Source: Acidimicrobiales bacterium
Lineage (GTDB): Bacteria; Actinomycetota; Acidimicrobiia; Acidimicrobiales; Aldehydirespiratoraceae
Assembly: GCA_965214945.1 (NCBI GenBank)
Contig: OZ244029.1
Location: 1,420,868-1,484,867, forward strand
Direction: 5' to 3'
DNA: 64,000 nt
The number at the start of each line of letters is the position of its first letter. Positions within the stretch are counted from its first letter, which is position 1. The notes beneath the pieces are model-generated. The model was not told where the DNA came from and did no database searches. It saw only the letters and a program-made list of their open reading frames with translations. The position numbers and the translations under genes are program-made. Shown piece by piece: positions 62,481 through 64,000 of the stretch.

Positions 62481-63241
62481 GCAACCGAGAGGCCCTGAAG
62501 CAGAGAATCGACAAGCTGTCGTCCATGGGCGTTCGCTTCGCGGCTCGTATGATCGATTCACTGGTATCGCCGCCTCAGGTGACTTTCCCTGCTCAAGGCC
62601 GGACCTGGCTGACCGCCGATCCGGAGTGGATCGAGTACTTCGGCCTTACGATTTCGGCGCACCACGGCCGAACCGCTGAACCATTGGGGTTGAGGAGCTT
62701 TGAGACGGCCTTCCGTCGCGCGTGTGAAGCTGTCGGCTGGACTCTCGATCCCCCAGGCTCGGTGACGCAGCGTTTCTTGGACCTCACAGTTCACACAAGC
62801 GATTCCATCAGACGGCGGCTGTCGCTGAAGTCGACCGCAGCGCGAAACCTGTCGCCCACTTCAGTCCATATCTCCAAGCTCACTGAAGCAGCGCGGATTC
62901 AAGATGTTAGGTCGGCGCGCGCGAGAAGAGAACGTACTCTTGAATTGTTTAAGCAATACCGTGATGCTGTAGATGCGATCGTGATGTTGAGAGCGTTTAG
63001 GCATGAACCACATGCCGTTCCTAATCTCTACCAGCTAGTGGAGATCCCAAGCGGTATTTTCACCTCGCTGGCTAGTGTCCCATTGTCAGAATTTAAGGCA
63101 GATGGCCCGACCATTGACTGCTCATTTGATGGCCTTTCATCTGCTGCTCGTGTTTCTCTGGACAGATCTGATGCCAAAATCACAGTCAAACAGATACAGC
63201 TAAAAGTGTGTCAAGTGCACGCAGAATGGGAGCTGAAATGA
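62477..63241 (+). CDS. Hypothetical protein, candidate restriction endonuclease/effector partner of the methyltransferase
   Basis: 254-aa ORF. Its GTG start overlaps the methyltransferase stop (GTGA). The 3' half is strikingly AT-rich for this genome, with codons such as gaa ttg ttt aag caa tac cgt gat gct gta gat. I could not recognise a family motif. Confidence 0.45.
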   Translation: MSNREALKQRIDKLSSMGVRFAARMIDSLVSPPQVTFPAQGRTWLTADPEWIEYFGLTISAHHGRTAEPLGLRSFETAFRRACEAVGWTLDPPGSVTQRFLDLTVHTSDSIRRRLSLKSTAARNLSPTSVHISKLTEAARIQDVRSARARRERTLELFKQYRDAVDAIVMLRAFRHEPHAVPNLYQLVEIPSGIFTSLASVPLSEFKADGPTIDCSFDGLSSAARVSLDRSDAKITVKQIQLKVCQVHAEWELK

Positions 63242-63281
63242 CTGCTGAACTGGCATTTGGTCAGGGTGCCCTGTCTGGGGG

Positions 63282-64000
63282 TTAGCCGGTTAGGGCCAGG
63301 CCGGTGGCCAGGCCGAGGCCAGAGACAAGCTGAAGCCGACCGGTGGCTGGCAGCAGAGCGGCCAGCTCTTCGGGGTCGCGGGCACGCCGCAGAATGAGCA
63401 GTGCGTGCGCCGCGAAGGGCGCGCCGGCCAGAGCGAGCCATGCGGCCCGACCTGAGAGCGACGCCGGGCAGGCCGCCGCGTAGGCCGCCGCCAGAACCGC
63501 CACGTAGAACCAACGGCCGGCCCTGTCCCCCATCCGTACCACCAGAGTGCGCTTGCCCGCCGCCGCGTCGCCGTGGGCATCACGCAAGTTGTTCGCAGTC
63601 AGCAGCGCCACTGCCCACAGCCCCACCGGAACAGCGACGAGCACAAACCGCGTCTCGACGCGCTCCACCAGAACGAATGCCGTTCCCACCGTGGCCACCA
63701 ACCCGAAGAACACGAAAACGAACATCTCTCCGAGCCCTGAGTAGCCGTAGGGCCGGGGACCTCCCGTGTAACCCCACGCCGCCGCCACGCACGCCAGGCC
63801 CACACCGATCAGCCACCACCCGGCCGCCGCGGCCAGCACAAGCCCCGCGGCGCCGGCCACTGCGAACGCCGCGAACGCCGCACGCTTCACTTGGTGGGCT
63901 GGCACGAGTCCCGACCCAACAAGGCGGATCGGGCCGACACGGGACCCGGCCCGGTCGAGGCCTCTTCTGCCGTCGCTGTAGTCGTTCGCGAAGTTGACGC
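63282..64000 (-). CDS. menA: 1,4-dihydroxy-2-naphthoate polyprenyltransferase (partial, N-terminus beyond the window)
   Basis: A UbiA-family membrane protein. The reading frame continues upstream of the track's Met at 63905 to the window edge and encodes NFANDYSDGRRGLD (NDYxD motif). The second Asp-rich block is NNLRDAHGDAAAGKRTLVV. Confidence 0.8.
   Translation of the reverse strand, partial: VNFANDYSDGRRGLDRAGSRVGPIRLVGSGLVPAHQVKRAAFAAFAVAGAAGLVLAAAAGWWLIGVGLACVAAAWGYTGGPRPYGYSGLGEMFVFVFFGLVATVGTAFVLVERVETRFVLVAVPVGLWAVALLTANNLRDAHGDAAAGKRTLVVRMGDRAGRWFYVAVLAAAYAAACPASLSGRAAWLALAGAPFAAHALLILRRARDPEELAALLPATGRLQLVSGLGLATGLALTG

Overview
High-GC actinobacterial chromosomal core. Supporting markers are a mycothiol synthase (MshD), an AftD/DUF3367-type glycosyltransferase, menaquinone genes and a his-trp supra-operon. 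Nearly every long ORF has a clear housekeeping identity. On the plus strand at the left end sits a GT2-GT4-AftD-like envelope glycosylation cluster. It is followed by gltBD, an M18 aminopeptidase, a trkA-trkH-trkH potassium uptake operon, 5-formyl-THF cyclo-ligase, the membrane pyrophosphatase hppA, a PP2C phosphatase, menB, rpe, clpP and tRNA-Leu(UAG). Next come rdgB-rph-MBL hydrolase, rpmB-rpmG, cysM, an MFS transporter, a JAMM/Mec protein, smpB, thiD, yqgE, an AlkB-like dioxygenase and an SDR. A roughly 21 kb minus-strand block then runs hisDCBHAF, indolepyruvate:ferredoxin oxidoreductase, an SNF2 helicase, a GroES-like gene, hisI, trpE, ygfZ, a J-domain membrane protein, trpCFBA and a flavoprotein disulfide reductase. 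The right end holds nth (frameshifted), mshD, menG and a partial menA. The only clearly foreign segment is a two-gene module at 61.5-63.2 kb between menG and menA. It pairs an SPPY-motif, beta-class (probably N4-cytosine) DNA methyltransferase with a translationally coupled, markedly AT-richer 254-aa protein that I cannot assign to a family. This is the best candidate for an uncharacterised restriction or defence module. Other notable items are a perfect 26-bp palindrome containing an ideal LexA/Cheo box in front of the alkB-like gene, a single-base frameshift in nth, and several short local duplications both in intergenic regions and inside one gene. There is also a 7-TM double PQ-loop (SWEET-like) protein and an unusual his/trp operon architecture. 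No CRISPR array, transposase, integrase, rRNA or tmRNA was seen. Most other entries in the ORF track are Arg/Pro/Ala-rich alternative-frame artefacts typical of high-GC DNA.
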